From positions 1,120,001-1,184,000 of the forward strand of contig OY970173.1 of the NCBI GenBank assembly GCA_963707635.1: a stretch of 64,000 nucleotides of DNA, written 5' to 3'. This document shows positions 1-10,677 of the stretch, one piece after another. The notes beneath the pieces were generated by a model. It searched no databases and had not been told where the DNA came from. It saw only the letters and a list, made by a program, of their open reading frames with translations. This DNA comes from Candidatus Latescibacterota bacterium (GTDB lineage: Bacteria; Krumholzibacteriota; Krumholzibacteriia; WVZY01; JAKEHA01). Position 1 is the first letter of the stretch. Every line of letters begins with the position of its first letter. The position numbers were made by a program, and so were the translations under genes.

Positions 1-1626
1 GCGAAGCCCGTCGAAACCGAGGCGCCCGCGGAGGAATCGAAACCGCCGCGCTCGCGCCGTTCCTCCCAGGGTTCGTACTCCTCCGCCGAAACCATCGCGC
101 AGAAGCAGCGCGAGATCTCGGTCAGCGAGTTCTTCGCGAAGAACCGCCACATGCTCGGTTTCGACTCGCCGACCCGCGCCCTGCTGACGGCGGTGAAGGA
201 GGCGGTCGACAACTCGCTCGACGCCTGCGAAGAGGCGGGCCTCGCGCCCGACATCCGGGTCGAGCTCCATGAGCTGGCGGAAGACCGCTACAAGGTGATC
301 GTCGAAGATTCCGGCCCCGGCATCGTCAAGCAACAGGTGCCGAAGATTTTCGGGAAGCTGCTCTACGGGTCGAAGTTCCACGAACTGCGCCAGTCGCGCG
401 GCCAGCAGGGGATCGGCATTTCCGCGGCCGTCATGTACTCGCAGCTCACCACCGGCAAGGCGGTGAAGATCACCTCGCGCACGGGCGCGAAGCAGAAGGC
501 GCACCTGTACGAGCTGCAGATCGACACCAAGAAAAACGCGCCCATCGTCCTGGACGACGGCCCGGTGGAATGGGAGCGCCCGCACGGCACCCGCATCGAG
601 ATGGAGATGGAAGCCGTCTACCAGAAGGGCAAGCGCTCGGTGGACCAGTACCTCCACCAGGTCGCACTCGCCAACCCGCACGCCGACATTCACTACCTCG
701 CGCCCAAGTCGGACCCGGTTCACTACGCGCGTCTCTCCGACCAGCTGCCGCCTCCCTCGATGCCCATCAAGCCGCATCCGTACGGCGTCGAGCTGGGCGT
801 GCTGATCGAGATGATGCAGACCTCGGGCGCGCGCAACGTGGCGGCGTTTCTCTCGCACGAGTTCTCGCGCATGAGCCCGAAGATCGCGCAGGAAGTCCTG
901 CAGATCGCGGGCGTGCCGGTGTCGACCAAGCCCGGGCGCGTCACCCGCGACCAGGCCGAGGCGATCATCAAGGCCTTCCCGCAGGTAAAAATCATGCGCC
1001 CGCCCACCGACTGCCTCTCGGTGGTGGGGGAAGATCTCCTGGTCAAGAGCCTCCAGCGCGAGATCACCGCGTCGTTCTACACCGCCGTCACACGACCGCC
1101 CACCGTGTACCGCGGCAATCCGTTCCAGATCGAAGCCGCGCTCGCCTACGGCGGCAGCGAAATGCCCGGCGACGAGATCGTCCAGCTCTACCGCTTTGCG
1201 AACCGCGCGCCGCTGATCTACCAGCAGAGCGCGTGCGCCATCACCCACGCGGTCATGAACACGGCGTGGAAGTCGTACGGGATCGAACAGAGCCGCGGCG
1301 CGCTCCCCACCGGCCCCATGATCATCATGGTGCAGATCGCGAGCGTGTGGGTGCCGTTCACCTCCGAGAGCAAGGAGGCGGTCGCCCACTACGACGACAT
1401 CATCAAGGAGATCAAGCTGACGCTGCAGGAGTGCGGACGCCGGCTGGGCGCGTTCATTAGACGCGGCGCGCGCGAGCGCGACGAGATGAAGAAACGCTCC
1501 TACATCGAGAAGTACATCCCGCACATCGGCATCGCGCTCCAGGAAATCCTGGGCATCTCCGAGGCCGAGGAGAAGAAGATCGTGGAGACGCTCGAGGACA
1601 CGCTGGAGCGAAGCCGAAAGCTATAA
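1..1626 (+). CDS. top6B: DNA topoisomerase VI subunit B (5' end lies upstream of window)
   Basis: Frame is open from base 1 (..[20 protein letters not shown]..). GHKL motifs [14 protein letters not shown] and [28 protein letters not shown]. Adjacent to top6A. Confidence 0.95.
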   Translation, partial: AKPVETEAPAEESKPPRSRRSSQGSYSSAETIAQKQREISVSEFFAKNRHMLGFDSPTRALLTAVKEAVDNSLDACEEAGLAPDIRVELHELAEDRYKVIVEDSGPGIVKQQVPKIFGKLLYGSKFHELRQSRGQQGIGISAAVMYSQLTTGKAVKITSRTGAKQKAHLYELQIDTKKNAPIVLDDGPVEWERPHGTRIEMEMEAVYQKGKRSVDQYLHQVALANPHADIHYLAPKSDPVHYARLSDQLPPPSMPIKPHPYGVELGVLIEMMQTSGARNVAAFLSHEFSRMSPKIAQEVLQIAGVPVSTKPGRVTRDQAEAIIKAFPQVKIMRPPTDCLSVVGEDLLVKSLQREITASFYTAVTRPPTVYRGNPFQIEAALAYGGSEMPGDEIVQLYRFANRAPLIYQQSACAITHAVMNTAWKSYGIEQSRGALPTGPMIIMVQIASVWVPFTSESKEAVAHYDDIIKEIKLTLQECGRRLGAFIRRGARERDEMKKRSYIEKYIPHIGIALQEILGISEAEEKKIVETLEDTLERSRKL

Positions 1627-1636
1627 GGAGAACGCG

Positions 1637-2725
1637 ATGTCGTCTGGCAAAGTCTCCAAGAAGATCAAAGACGAAGCGGCGCGCGTGAAGACCGCCATCG
1701 TTGAGCGCAAGAAGCCTTCGATGAAGTTTCCGCTGCGCGCGCTCACCAACGTCAAGTACCAGCCCAAGGTCGGCTACCTCGAGATGAAGGGGAAGACCAA
1801 GGAGCGCACACTGACCGTCAACACGGTCAAGACCTTCGCGCAGACGCTGCGCATGATGGCGCTCTCCAAGCAGCTGGTCGACACCGACGACATCGCCACC
1901 AAGCGAGAGGCGTACTACGTCTCCAAGAACTGGGACGACGCGCGTTTCGACGAGCAGCCCGAGAGCGACACGGTCATGGACGACGTGGAGGCGCTCTTCG
2001 GGTTGAACCGCGAGCAGCTCGGCTTCATCCCGGAGGAAAAAGGCGGCGAGATCGCGGGCAAACTCATCATCGTCGACAAGGACCGCGACACCGGCAAGCC
2101 GCTGCGCATCGACTGCACCAAGTTCGGCAGCGGCGCGTATTCGATTCCGATCACCGTCGAGCACCTCGAGTTCGAGACCGACGCGAAGTTCATCCTGGTG
2201 ATCGAGACCGCCGGCATGTTCCAGCGGCTGGTGAAGCACAACTACTGGAAGTCGGCCAACTGCATCCTGGTCTCGATGGGGGGCGTGCCCACGCGCGCGT
2301 GCCGGCGCTTCATTCGCCGGCTCTCCGACGAGAAGAAGCTCCCCGTATACGTGTTCGTCGACGGCGACCCGTACGGGATCAGTAACATTTACCGCACCCT
2401 CAAGGTCGGAAGCGGCAACGCGGCGCACTTGAACGAATTCTTCTGCGTGCCGCAGGCGCGTTTTCTCGGGATCACGCCGCAGGATATCGTCGAGTACAAG
2501 CTGCCTACCCACCCGCTGAAGGACGTGGACATCAAGCGCGCCAAGGACGCGCTCAAGACCGACCCCTTCTTCCTCCACCACAAGGCCTGGCAGGACGCGA
2601 TCAACCAGCTGGTCGGGATGGGCGTCCGCGCGGAGCAGCAGGCGCTGGCCAAGCACGGGCTCAACTACGTGATCGACGAATACCTCCCCGAGAAGCTCAA
2701 GCACCCGGAGCGGTTCCTGCCGTAG
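1637..2725 (+). CDS. top6A: DNA topoisomerase VI subunit A (Spo11-like)
   Basis: TKREAYY catalytic Tyr region; FDEQPESD; TOPRIM motifs LVIET, GGVP, DGDPYG; AEQQAL. RBS AAGGAG upstream. Confidence 0.95.
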   Translation: MSSGKVSKKIKDEAARVKTAIVERKKPSMKFPLRALTNVKYQPKVGYLEMKGKTKERTLTVNTVKTFAQTLRMMALSKQLVDTDDIATKREAYYVSKNWDDARFDEQPESDTVMDDVEALFGLNREQLGFIPEEKGGEIAGKLIIVDKDRDTGKPLRIDCTKFGSGAYSIPITVEHLEFETDAKFILVIETAGMFQRLVKHNYWKSANCILVSMGGVPTRACRRFIRRLSDEKKLPVYVFVDGDPYGISNIYRTLKVGSGNAAHLNEFFCVPQARFLGITPQDIVEYKLPTHPLKDVDIKRAKDALKTDPFFLHHKAWQDAINQLVGMGVRAEQQALAKHGLNYVIDEYLPEKLKHPERFLP

Positions 2726-2853
2726 GCGAGGCCGCGGCCGACGGAAATGCTTGCCACGGCGCACCCCTGACGCGGTAGACTCCGCGTCACGCCGTTCGGG
2801 CGCGCGTGCCGTGCGGGCACGCCCGTGTTGCGTCGACCGGAGGGAGACCCCGG

Positions 2854-4614
2854 GTGCTCAAGGACATCCTCCGAACCAAGAACATCGCGCACATCCTGGC
2901 CACGGCCGACGGCCACGATTCGCTCAAGCGCACGCTCGGACCCGTGCAGCTCACGCTGCTCGGCATCGGCGCCATCATCGGCGCCGGGATTTTTTCCACC
3001 GTAGGCACCGCCGCCGCCGGCGGCGCGTCCCACAGCGGCGCCGGGCCGGCGCTGATACTCTCCTTCGTCCTCACCGCGATCACCTGCGGGTTCGCCGCGC
3101 TCTGCTACGCCGAGTTCGCCTCGATGGTGCCGATCGCCGGTTCCGCCTACACCTACGCTTACGCCACGCTGGGCGAATTCATCGCGTGGATCATCGGCTG
3201 GGACCTCATCATCGAATACGCGGTGGGAAACGTCGCGGTCGCGATCTCGTGGTCGGGGTACTTCCAGGAATTGCTGCGCGTGGTCGGTCTCCACATGCCG
3301 GACTGGCTCGGCATCGATTACCGCAGCGCCGCGCAGGCCGCCGCGCAGGTGAAGACGGCGATGGCCGGCGGTCCCGAGGCGCTGGAGGCGCTCGGCACGG
3401 CGACGCTGCGCGCCGGGCAGGCCTTCGGGCACGCGCCGCGTCTTTTCGACGTGCCCATTGTGTTCAACCTGCCCGCGGTGGCGATCGTGGCCGTCATCAC
3501 CTGGATTCTGGTGATCGGTATCCGCGAGAGCGCGTGGTTCAACACCACCATGGTGGTGCTCAAGCTCGCCATAATCGCTTTCTTCGTGGTCTTCGGCGCG
3601 TTCTTCGTCGACCCGGAGAACTGGCACCCCTTCGCCCCGAACGGCTCGGCGGGCGTATTCTCCGCGGCCGCGATCATTTTCTTCGCCTACATCGGATTCG
3701 ACGCGGTATCCACCGCGGCGGAAGAAACGAAGAATCCAAAGCGCGACATGCCGATCGCGATCATCGCCAGCCTGGTGGTGTGCACGATTATCTACATGGC
3801 GGTGGCGGTCGTGCTGACCGGCATGCTGCCGTGGCAGCAGCTGGGCACCGCGGAGCCGCTCGCGACGGCGTTCTCCGGCCGCGGGATGGTGTGGCCGACG
3901 CTGGTCATCGCCCTCGGCGCCGTGTTCGCGACCACGTCGGTGCTGATCGTGTTCCAGCTCGGACAGCCGCGCATCTTCTTCTCGATGGCGCGCGACGGGT
4001 TGCTGCCCAAGTGGGCCGCCGGCGTCCACTCGAAGTATCGGACCCCGCACGTGACCACTATCGTCACCGGCGTCGTCGTCGGGGTGCTCTCCGCGGTGGC
4101 GAACATCAATGAGGTCGTGGAGCTGACGAACATCGGGACGTTGTTCGCGTTCGTGCTGGTGTGCATCGGCGTGACCGTACTCCGGCTGCAGGAACCGGAG
4201 CGCGAGCGCCCGTTTCGCGTGCCGATGGGGCCCTGGCTGCTCCCGTCGCTGGGAGTCCTCTCGTGCGTGTTTCTCATGATCCACCTGCCGCCGGCGTCGT
4301 GGTGGCGCTTCATCGGGTGGCTGGTGCTGGGGATGTCGGTGTACTTCTCCTTCGGCTACAACCACAGCGCGATCGGCCGCGCGGCGGGCCGGCCGCTGAC
4401 CGCGTCGCCGGTGCAGCGCGCGGTGGCGATCGGGTTTCTCCTTGCGGGGGTGGGGTTGTTCGTGATTCCGCACAACGCGGGACCGGGCGAGCTCGCGCGG
4501 CTCGCGGCGGAGTCGAACGTACGCACGATCGCCGGTTTGCTCATGATCTTCGTGGGGTTGGTCGCCGCGAGTGCAGCCGGGTTCCGCCTGGGTACGGGAC
4601 GCGGTAACGGGTAG
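2854..4614 (+). CDS. APC-family amino acid permease
   Basis: GIGAIIGAGIF, CYAEFASMVPIAGSAYTY, FFAYIGFDAVSTAAEE, MARDGLLP. GTG start at 2854 follows GGAGGGAG. Confidence 0.9.
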   Translation: MLKDILRTKNIAHILATADGHDSLKRTLGPVQLTLLGIGAIIGAGIFSTVGTAAAGGASHSGAGPALILSFVLTAITCGFAALCYAEFASMVPIAGSAYTYAYATLGEFIAWIIGWDLIIEYAVGNVAVAISWSGYFQELLRVVGLHMPDWLGIDYRSAAQAAAQVKTAMAGGPEALEALGTATLRAGQAFGHAPRLFDVPIVFNLPAVAIVAVITWILVIGIRESAWFNTTMVVLKLAIIAFFVVFGAFFVDPENWHPFAPNGSAGVFSAAAIIFFAYIGFDAVSTAAEETKNPKRDMPIAIIASLVVCTIIYMAVAVVLTGMLPWQQLGTAEPLATAFSGRGMVWPTLVIALGAVFATTSVLIVFQLGQPRIFFSMARDGLLPKWAAGVHSKYRTPHVTTIVTGVVVGVLSAVANINEVVELTNIGTLFAFVLVCIGVTVLRLQEPERERPFRVPMGPWLLPSLGVLSCVFLMIHLPPASWWRFIGWLVLGMSVYFSFGYNHSAIGRAAGRPLTASPVQRAVAIGFLLAGVGLFVIPHNAGPGELARLAAESNVRTIAGLLMIFVGLVAASAAGFRLGTGRGNG

Positions 4615-4626
4615 AACCCGCGAACG

Positions 4627-6306
4627 ATGTCGCTGACGCTTCTCGCCATCGCGTTCATGGTGCTGCTGGTCTCGGCGTACCGTCTCTACGGCGGGTGGGT
4701 GGCGCGGCGCTTTACCCTCGACGACACGCGCGCCACGCCGGCGCACCGCCGCGCCGACAACATCGACTTCGTTCCCACTCGCCCGTTCTATCTCTTCGCC
4801 CAGCACTTCTCCGCGATTGCGGCGGCGGGTCCGATCGCGGGGCCGATTCTCGCCTGCCAGTCGTTCGGGTGGTTGCCGTGCCTGATCTGGATCAGCCTCG
4901 GCGTGGTCCTGATCGGGGCGGTGCACGACTTCTCCACGCTGATCGCCAGCGTGCGACACGGCGGGCGCTCGATCGCCGAGATCGCGCGCGAGCACCTGGG
5001 CACCCGCGCCGGCCGTGCGCTCATGATCTTCATCTGGCTCGCGCTCATTTATGTGATTGTGGCTTTCGCGGACATTACCGCGGCGTCATTCGTGGTCGGC
5101 ACGGAGGAGTTGCAGCAGGGCAGCGTGTCGTTTAACCCCGGCGGCGCGGTAGCCGCGGCAAGCGTGATGTACCTGGCCCTCGCCGTGCTCCTGGGGTTGG
5201 TGCAGCGCTTCCTGAAGCCGTCGCTGTGGCTGGTCACGATCCTATTCGTCCCGGCGACGTTTGGTGTCGCGTGGCTCGGCACGTACACGTCGCACGCTCT
5301 CGTCCTTGATCACCGCACGTGGGGGCTGCTGATACTCGGCTACTGCTGCGTGGCGTCGGTCGTGCCGGTGTGGGCGCTGCTCCAACCGCGCGGATACCTC
5401 GGCGGTTTCGTCCTCTACAGCGCGATCCTGGTGGGCGTGATCGGGCTCCTCTTCGGCGGCTACCACGTGAAGCAGCCCGCGTTCAAGGGCTGGGAAGTGG
5501 GCGGGATGACCGGAACCCTGTTCCCATTCCTGTTCGTGACCATCGCCTGCGGCGCGTGCTCTGGATTCCACGGCCTGGTGTGCTCGGGGACGACGTCGAA
5601 GCAGGTCGAGAAGGAATCCCACACCCACGCGATCGGGTATGGCGCGATGCTGGCGGAGGGGTTCGTGGCGTTGATCGCGCTGGTCACCATCATGATCGCG
5701 ACCCCGGAGGACGTCAAAGGGCTGGCGCCGGGGACGATCTACGGCAACGGGATCGGAAAGTTCCTGACCCTCTTGATCGGCGAGGAGCGCCTTCCATTTG
5801 CGATCACTTTCGGCGCGATGGCGTTCTCGACCTTCGTGTTCGACACCCTGGACGTATCGATGCGCCTCGGTCGCTATCTCCTGCAGGAGCTGTTCGGCTG
5901 GCGGGGTCGTGCGGGTGCACTCGTCGGGACACTCGCGACGGTGGCGATGCCGGCGTGCTTCCTCGCTTTTGGTGAGCGAGGCAGCTGGCTCAAGTTCTGG
6001 ACCCTCTTCGGAGCGTCCAACCAGCTGCTGGCGGCGCTGTCGCTGCTCGTGATCACGGTATGGCTGCACCAGGCGCGGCAGCGGATCGCGTTTACGCTGC
6101 TCCCGATGCTGTTCGTGCTCACGATCACGCTGTGGTCGTTGACCCGGCTCACGATCGCCAATTTCGCGGCGGCGAACGGGGTCGACATCGCTTTTTTCAA
6201 CGCCGTCTCCGCGCTGGCGCTGACCCTGCTGGCGCTCTATCTGGTGGTGAGCGCGGTGATACGGGTGCGCGAGGAGCGCGCGACGACCCTGGTCCCGGAG
6301 CCATGA
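4627..6306 (+). CDS. cstA: Carbon starvation protein A family peptide/pyruvate transporter
   Basis: TPAH..D.IDFVPT, HFSAIAAAGPIAGP, GAVHDF, LLQPRGYL, TIACGACSGFH, FGASNQLLA. Confidence 0.9.
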   Translation: MSLTLLAIAFMVLLVSAYRLYGGWVARRFTLDDTRATPAHRRADNIDFVPTRPFYLFAQHFSAIAAAGPIAGPILACQSFGWLPCLIWISLGVVLIGAVHDFSTLIASVRHGGRSIAEIAREHLGTRAGRALMIFIWLALIYVIVAFADITAASFVVGTEELQQGSVSFNPGGAVAAASVMYLALAVLLGLVQRFLKPSLWLVTILFVPATFGVAWLGTYTSHALVLDHRTWGLLILGYCCVASVVPVWALLQPRGYLGGFVLYSAILVGVIGLLFGGYHVKQPAFKGWEVGGMTGTLFPFLFVTIACGACSGFHGLVCSGTTSKQVEKESHTHAIGYGAMLAEGFVALIALVTIMIATPEDVKGLAPGTIYGNGIGKFLTLLIGEERLPFAITFGAMAFSTFVFDTLDVSMRLGRYLLQELFGWRGRAGALVGTLATVAMPACFLAFGERGSWLKFWTLFGASNQLLAALSLLVITVWLHQARQRIAFTLLPMLFVLTITLWSLTRLTIANFAAANGVDIAFFNAVSALALTLLALYLVVSAVIRVREERATTLVPEP

Positions 6307-6329
6307 GACGGGAAGGCACGACTATTGCT

Positions 6330-6359
6330 TTGACAGGTTTGGGCGATCGCGCCTATATT
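6330..6359 (+). promoter_or_regulatory. sigma70-type promoter of the desaturase gene
   Basis: TTGACA-18 nt-TATATT. Confidence 0.55.
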
Positions 6360-6429
6360 GAGAATACGGGTTGCTCACACGCGGTGAAGGACCCCTTGGC
6401 AGTGCTGCACGAAAAGAGTTGACTCCCTC

Positions 6430-7524
6430 ATGAACACAGTCGAGAAACCCGCGCCCAGCGGCTCAAGAGCGCCAGCGTGGTTGAAAGCGGTCGCGAATTA
6501 TCGCCGACCCCACCACGGCCGGAGCGCCTGGCAGCTCATCAACACGCTGGGCCCCTACTTCCTCACCTGGTACCTGATGATTCGATCGCTCGAGGTCTCC
6601 TACTGGCTGACCCTGGCGATTATCCCGATCGCGTCCGGATTCCTGATCCGCTCGTTCATTATTTCACACGATTGCGGCCACGGTGCGTTCTTCCGTTCGC
6701 GCCGGGCAAACACGATCACGGGCACGCTGACGGCCCTGCTCGCGTTCACCCCCTACGACCAGTGGCGCCACGAGCACGCGGTCCATCACGCCTCGGGCGG
6801 CGACCTCGACAACCGCGGCATCGGCGATATCTGGACCATGACCATCGTCGAATACATGCAGTCGCCGCGTCTGCGGCGCTTCCGCTACCGGCTCCATCGC
6901 AGCCCGTGGGTGATGCTCACCATCGGCCCGTTGCTTCAATTCGTGGTCCTGCAGCGGTTCGCGCGCCGCAAGATGACGCGGCGGGAGCACTGGAGCATCC
7001 ACCAGACCAACCTGATGATCTTCGCCGTCGCCACCGTGATGTGCCTGACCGTCGGCTGGCAGGCGTACCTGATGATCCAGTTGCCGGTGATGTTCCTCGC
7101 CGGCGTGATCGGTGTGTGGCTCTTCTACGTGCAGCACCAGTTCGAAGGTGTGCAGTGGGCGCGCCACGAGAAGTGGGATTTTGCGACTGGCGCCGTGGAC
7201 GGGAGTTCGTTCTACCGGTTGCCGCGCTGGCTCCAGTGGATCACCGGCAGCATCGGCTACCATCACATCCATCATTTGAGCCCGAAGATCCCGAACTACT
7301 ACCTGGAGAAGTGCTACAAGGAAAACGCGCTCTTCCAGAAGGTGAAGAGCATCACGCTGCGCACGAGCCTGAAGTCGCTCACGTTCCGGCTCTGGGACGA
7401 GGAGTTGCAGCAGCTGGTCGGGTTCCGGGGCCTCTCCGAGTACCGCAAGCGCCACGGCTTGCCACCCGGCGACCTGGCCTTCGACACGGTGCGCGTGAAC
7501 CCAAACGTCCGGCCCGGGTTCTAG
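6430..7524 (+). CDS. Membrane fatty acid desaturase (Bacillus Des-like)
   Basis: His boxes HDCGH, HAVHH, QH and HHIHH; LWDEE C-terminal motif. Confidence 0.9.
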   Translation: MNTVEKPAPSGSRAPAWLKAVANYRRPHHGRSAWQLINTLGPYFLTWYLMIRSLEVSYWLTLAIIPIASGFLIRSFIISHDCGHGAFFRSRRANTITGTLTALLAFTPYDQWRHEHAVHHASGGDLDNRGIGDIWTMTIVEYMQSPRLRRFRYRLHRSPWVMLTIGPLLQFVVLQRFARRKMTRREHWSIHQTNLMIFAVATVMCLTVGWQAYLMIQLPVMFLAGVIGVWLFYVQHQFEGVQWARHEKWDFATGAVDGSSFYRLPRWLQWITGSIGYHHIHHLSPKIPNYYLEKCYKENALFQKVKSITLRTSLKSLTFRLWDEELQQLVGFRGLSEYRKRHGLPPGDLAFDTVRVNPNVRPGF

Positions 7525-7567
7525 CCTGGCGTACTTCCGCACGTCGGTCCTTCGGGTCGCACGCCCA

Positions 7568-8551
7568 ATGATCCGCAGATCATGGCTCACCCTCGCCGTG
7601 CTCGCCGCCGCGGGGAGTACATCGCCTGGGCGCGCCACCACGCCGCGGTGGAGCGAGACCGTCGTCGTCCGCGGGCAGTTCGGCGCCGCACCCGAGCAGT
7701 TCGGACGCTCCGGCATCGAGACCAGCAAGAAGACGCTGCGTCTGGTCACCTGCTTCGCGGCCAACCCCCGCCACATCGCCGTCCACGACCGCGTCAAGAA
7801 AGATGTAAAGGTGTTCGCGCCCACCGGCGCCTTCGAGGAAGCGTTCCCGCTCATTTTGAAGGAGAGTTCGCGGCCGGACACGGTGCGGGCGCGCGACATC
7901 GCGCTCGACGCCGACGTCCTCTACGTGCTGGTCGACGAGAACGACGGCGGCAAGTCGATCCCGGCGACGATGCGCGTGGCGACGTTCGACGTCGAATCGG
8001 GCGCGTGCACGGGAGTCACGGTGATCGAGACCGCCCGGCTCGCGCAGGCGGGGACACCCACCGCGCGCGGCGCGGACGCGTTCGTAATCCATCCGAACGG
8101 GCCGCGCCTGTGGATCTTCGACACGCTGCGGCAGTTGAGTTTCGAAGTCGTTTCCCAGGGACCGTCGCATTTGAGCGATCGCCCGGTGTTCGGATGGGGC
8201 GGGACGACACGCGTGCGCACCGACGACAACGCCTCGACAATCAACCTGCTCGACGCCGAGGGGAAGCTGACGCGCCGCATCCCGGGATCGGGCGTGCTGG
8301 TTGCGGTCTCGCAGGACGGAGACGCCTTTGCCGTGCTCCAGACGGCGGGCGGGGCGGACTGGGTGGTCGCCGTGTTCAGCGCCGAGGGGGACCCGATCGG
8401 GACTGCGCCGCGGCCGAACCGCTCGTGGAAGCCGTTCAAGGCGCCGGTCATGGAGCGCAAGTACGAAGTCGTCGAGACGCCGGCGGGCGCAGAGCTCTAC
8501 GAGTTGTACGCCGGCACAGACGGCGTGCGGGTCGTCCGGTGGGGACGCTGA
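7568..8551 (+). CDS. Hypothetical secreted protein, possibly a beta-propeller
   Basis: Signal-peptide-like N-terminus, beta-rich sequence, host-like codon usage. Confidence 0.6.
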   Translation: MIRRSWLTLAVLAAAGSTSPGRATTPRWSETVVVRGQFGAAPEQFGRSGIETSKKTLRLVTCFAANPRHIAVHDRVKKDVKVFAPTGAFEEAFPLILKESSRPDTVRARDIALDADVLYVLVDENDGGKSIPATMRVATFDVESGACTGVTVIETARLAQAGTPTARGADAFVIHPNGPRLWIFDTLRQLSFEVVSQGPSHLSDRPVFGWGGTTRVRTDDNASTINLLDAEGKLTRRIPGSGVLVAVSQDGDAFAVLQTAGGADWVVAVFSAEGDPIGTAPRPNRSWKPFKAPVMERKYEVVETPAGAELYELYAGTDGVRVVRWGR

Positions 8552-8562
8552 AGAAGCACCAA

Positions 8563-8592
8563 TTGACCGTCTCGCGCGGGCTGTGCTAGACA
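8563..8592 (+). promoter_or_regulatory. Putative sigma70 promoter of the SxtJ-like/carbamoyltransferase unit
   Basis: TTGACC-18 nt-TAGACA with an extended -10 TG. Confidence 0.4.
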
Positions 8593-8599
8593 AAAGGCG

Positions 8600-8836
8600 A
8601 TGATGAAGTTTCTCAAGCTCATCTGGCGCGGGTGGATGAAGTTCGCCCACGTGCTCGGGTGGATCAACACCCGGATCCTGCTGACCATCTCCTACTTCGT
8701 CGTCTTCGCCATCGCCTGGATCGGCACCCAGTTCTCTCGCGCCGACCTGCTGGACAAGCGGCCGGGCAAGCCGGTCCACTATCACGATCGCCAGCCCTTC
8801 AAGGACACGCTCGCGAGCTGCCGGCGGCAGTTCTGA
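8600..8836 (+). CDS. Small SxtJ-like membrane protein
   Basis: WMKFAHVLGWINTRILLT..YF, DLL, ending RQF; typical carbamoyltransferase neighbour. Confidence 0.75.
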   Translation: MMKFLKLIWRGWMKFAHVLGWINTRILLTISYFVVFAIAWIGTQFSRADLLDKRPGKPVHYHDRQPFKDTLASCRRQF

Positions 8837-8851
8837 AGCGGCGCCCGACCC

Positions 8852-10588
8852 ATGCATATCCTCGGCATTTCGTGCTTCTACCACGACGCGGCCGCCTGCC
8901 TGCTCAAGGACGGCGAGATCATCGCGGCCGCGCAGGAAGAACGCTTCACGCGCATCCGGCACGACCAGGATTTCCCGATCCATGCTATCCGGTACTGCCT
9001 CAAGCACGCGGGCATCACCATCGAGCAGGTGGACTACGTCGGTTTCTACGACAAGCCGTTCATCAAGTTCGAGCGCATCCTCTATACCTACATGGCGACG
9101 TGGCCGCGTTCGTTCCCGTCGTTCATCAAGGCGATGCCGGTGTGGATGAAAAAGAAGCTCTGGATTCCGCAGATGATCAAGAAGGAGCTGAAGTACGACG
9201 GCGATGTCCTGATGGTCGAGCACCACCTCTCGCACGCGGCGAGCAGCTTCCTCGTGTCACCGTACCAGGAGGCCGCCATCGTCACCGTCGACGGGGTCGG
9301 CGAATGGGCGACGTCGACCATCTGCAAGGGCGTGGGGAACGACATCACCATCCTCAAGGAGACCCGCTTCCCGCACTCGCTGGGGCTGCTCTACAGCGCG
9401 TACACGTACTACCTGGGCTTCAAGGTGAACAGCGCCGAGTACAAGGTCATGGGGCTGGCGCCATACGGAGAGCCGAAGTACGTCGACAAGGTGCGCGAGA
9501 CCATCTCCTACGGGGAGGACGGCTCGTTCAAGATGAACATGACGTACTTCGCCTACGACTACGGGCTGGAGATGACGAACCGCCGCTTCGAGAAGTTGTT
9601 CGGCCAGCCCAAGCGCGACCCGGAGTCCAAGCTCGAGCAGTTCCACAAGGACGTCGCGATGAGCGTGCAGGTGGTCACCGAGGAGATCGTGCTGCGGATG
9701 GTGCGCCACGCGTACGAGCTGACCGGGAGCAAGAACCTGTGCATGGCGGGAGGCGTCGCGCTCAACTGCGTGGCCAACGGCCGCGTCATCAAGGAGACGC
9801 CGTACCGGGACGTGTTCATCCAGCCGGCGGCCGGCGACGCCGGCGGCGCCGTCGGGGTGGCCACCTACATCTATCACACCGTGCTCGGCCACGAGCGCAA
9901 ATGGCAGTGGGAGCATGCCTACCTGGGACCCGAGTACCACACCGACGAAATCCGGGACTATCTGAAGAACAACGACATCGTTTTCCATGAGCTCTCCGAG
10001 GATGGAATGATCGACGCCACCGTGCAGGCGATGGTGGATCAGAAGACCGTCGGGTGGTTCCAGGGCCGGATGGAGTTCGGGCCGCGGGCACTCGGGAGCC
10101 GCTCGATCATCGCGGACGCGCGCAACCCGGAGAACAAGAGCGTCGTCAATTTGAAGATCAAGTTCCGCGAATCGTTCCGGCCCTTCGCGCCGTCCGTGCT
10201 GGAAGAGAAGTGCAGCGAGTGGTTCGAGCTGGATGTGCCGAGTCCGTACATGCTGCTGGTCGCGGACGTTCGGGAGGGCAAGCGAACGATTCCGTCGGTG
10301 ACGCACGTGGACAATTCCGCGCGCATCCAGACCGTGGATCCGAAATCGAGCCCGCGCTACTACCAGCTCATCAAGCGTTTCGACGAGAAGACCGGCTGCC
10401 CGCTCATCATTAATACCTCGTTCAACGTGCGCGGCGAACCCATCGTGTGCACGCCGCACGAAGCGTACCTCTGCTTCATGCGCACCAACATGGACGTGCT
10501 GGTGATGGATCGGTTCGTCCTGTACAAGCCCGACCAGAAGCCGCTCAAGGAAGACGTGGACTGGCGGACGCTGTTCGCGCTCGACTAG
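8852..10588 (+). CDS. Carbamoyltransferase (NodU/CmcH family)
   Basis: ILGISCFYHDAAA, EHHLSHAAS, DGVGE, EYKVMGLAPYG, GGVALNC, EFGPRALGSRS, RESFRPFAP, NTSFNVRGEP. Confidence 0.95.
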   Translation: MHILGISCFYHDAAACLLKDGEIIAAAQEERFTRIRHDQDFPIHAIRYCLKHAGITIEQVDYVGFYDKPFIKFERILYTYMATWPRSFPSFIKAMPVWMKKKLWIPQMIKKELKYDGDVLMVEHHLSHAASSFLVSPYQEAAIVTVDGVGEWATSTICKGVGNDITILKETRFPHSLGLLYSAYTYYLGFKVNSAEYKVMGLAPYGEPKYVDKVRETISYGEDGSFKMNMTYFAYDYGLEMTNRRFEKLFGQPKRDPESKLEQFHKDVAMSVQVVTEEIVLRMVRHAYELTGSKNLCMAGGVALNCVANGRVIKETPYRDVFIQPAAGDAGGAVGVATYIYHTVLGHERKWQWEHAYLGPEYHTDEIRDYLKNNDIVFHELSEDGMIDATVQAMVDQKTVGWFQGRMEFGPRALGSRSIIADARNPENKSVVNLKIKFRESFRPFAPSVLEEKCSEWFELDVPSPYMLLVADVREGKRTIPSVTHVDNSARIQTVDPKSSPRYYQLIKRFDEKTGCPLIINTSFNVRGEPIVCTPHEAYLCFMRTNMDVLVMDRFVLYKPDQKPLKEDVDWRTLFALD

Positions 10589-10677
10589 CACCCTGCTCCC
10601 GTCGGCTTGCGGCGTCTCGACGCCGTGTGATACCCTCCCGTTTTCGATTCCACATTTCAAGACCCGGAGGATTTGTC

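Noticed and set aside
8600..10588. Saxitoxin biosynthesis genes (sxtI/sxtJ)
   Set aside because: No other sxt genes; this pair is widespread outside toxin clusters.
10589..10677. Cobalamin riboswitch or NikR operator upstream of cbiM
   Set aside because: The gap is only about 90 bp with no B12 box; GTGTGA has only a poor inverted partner.
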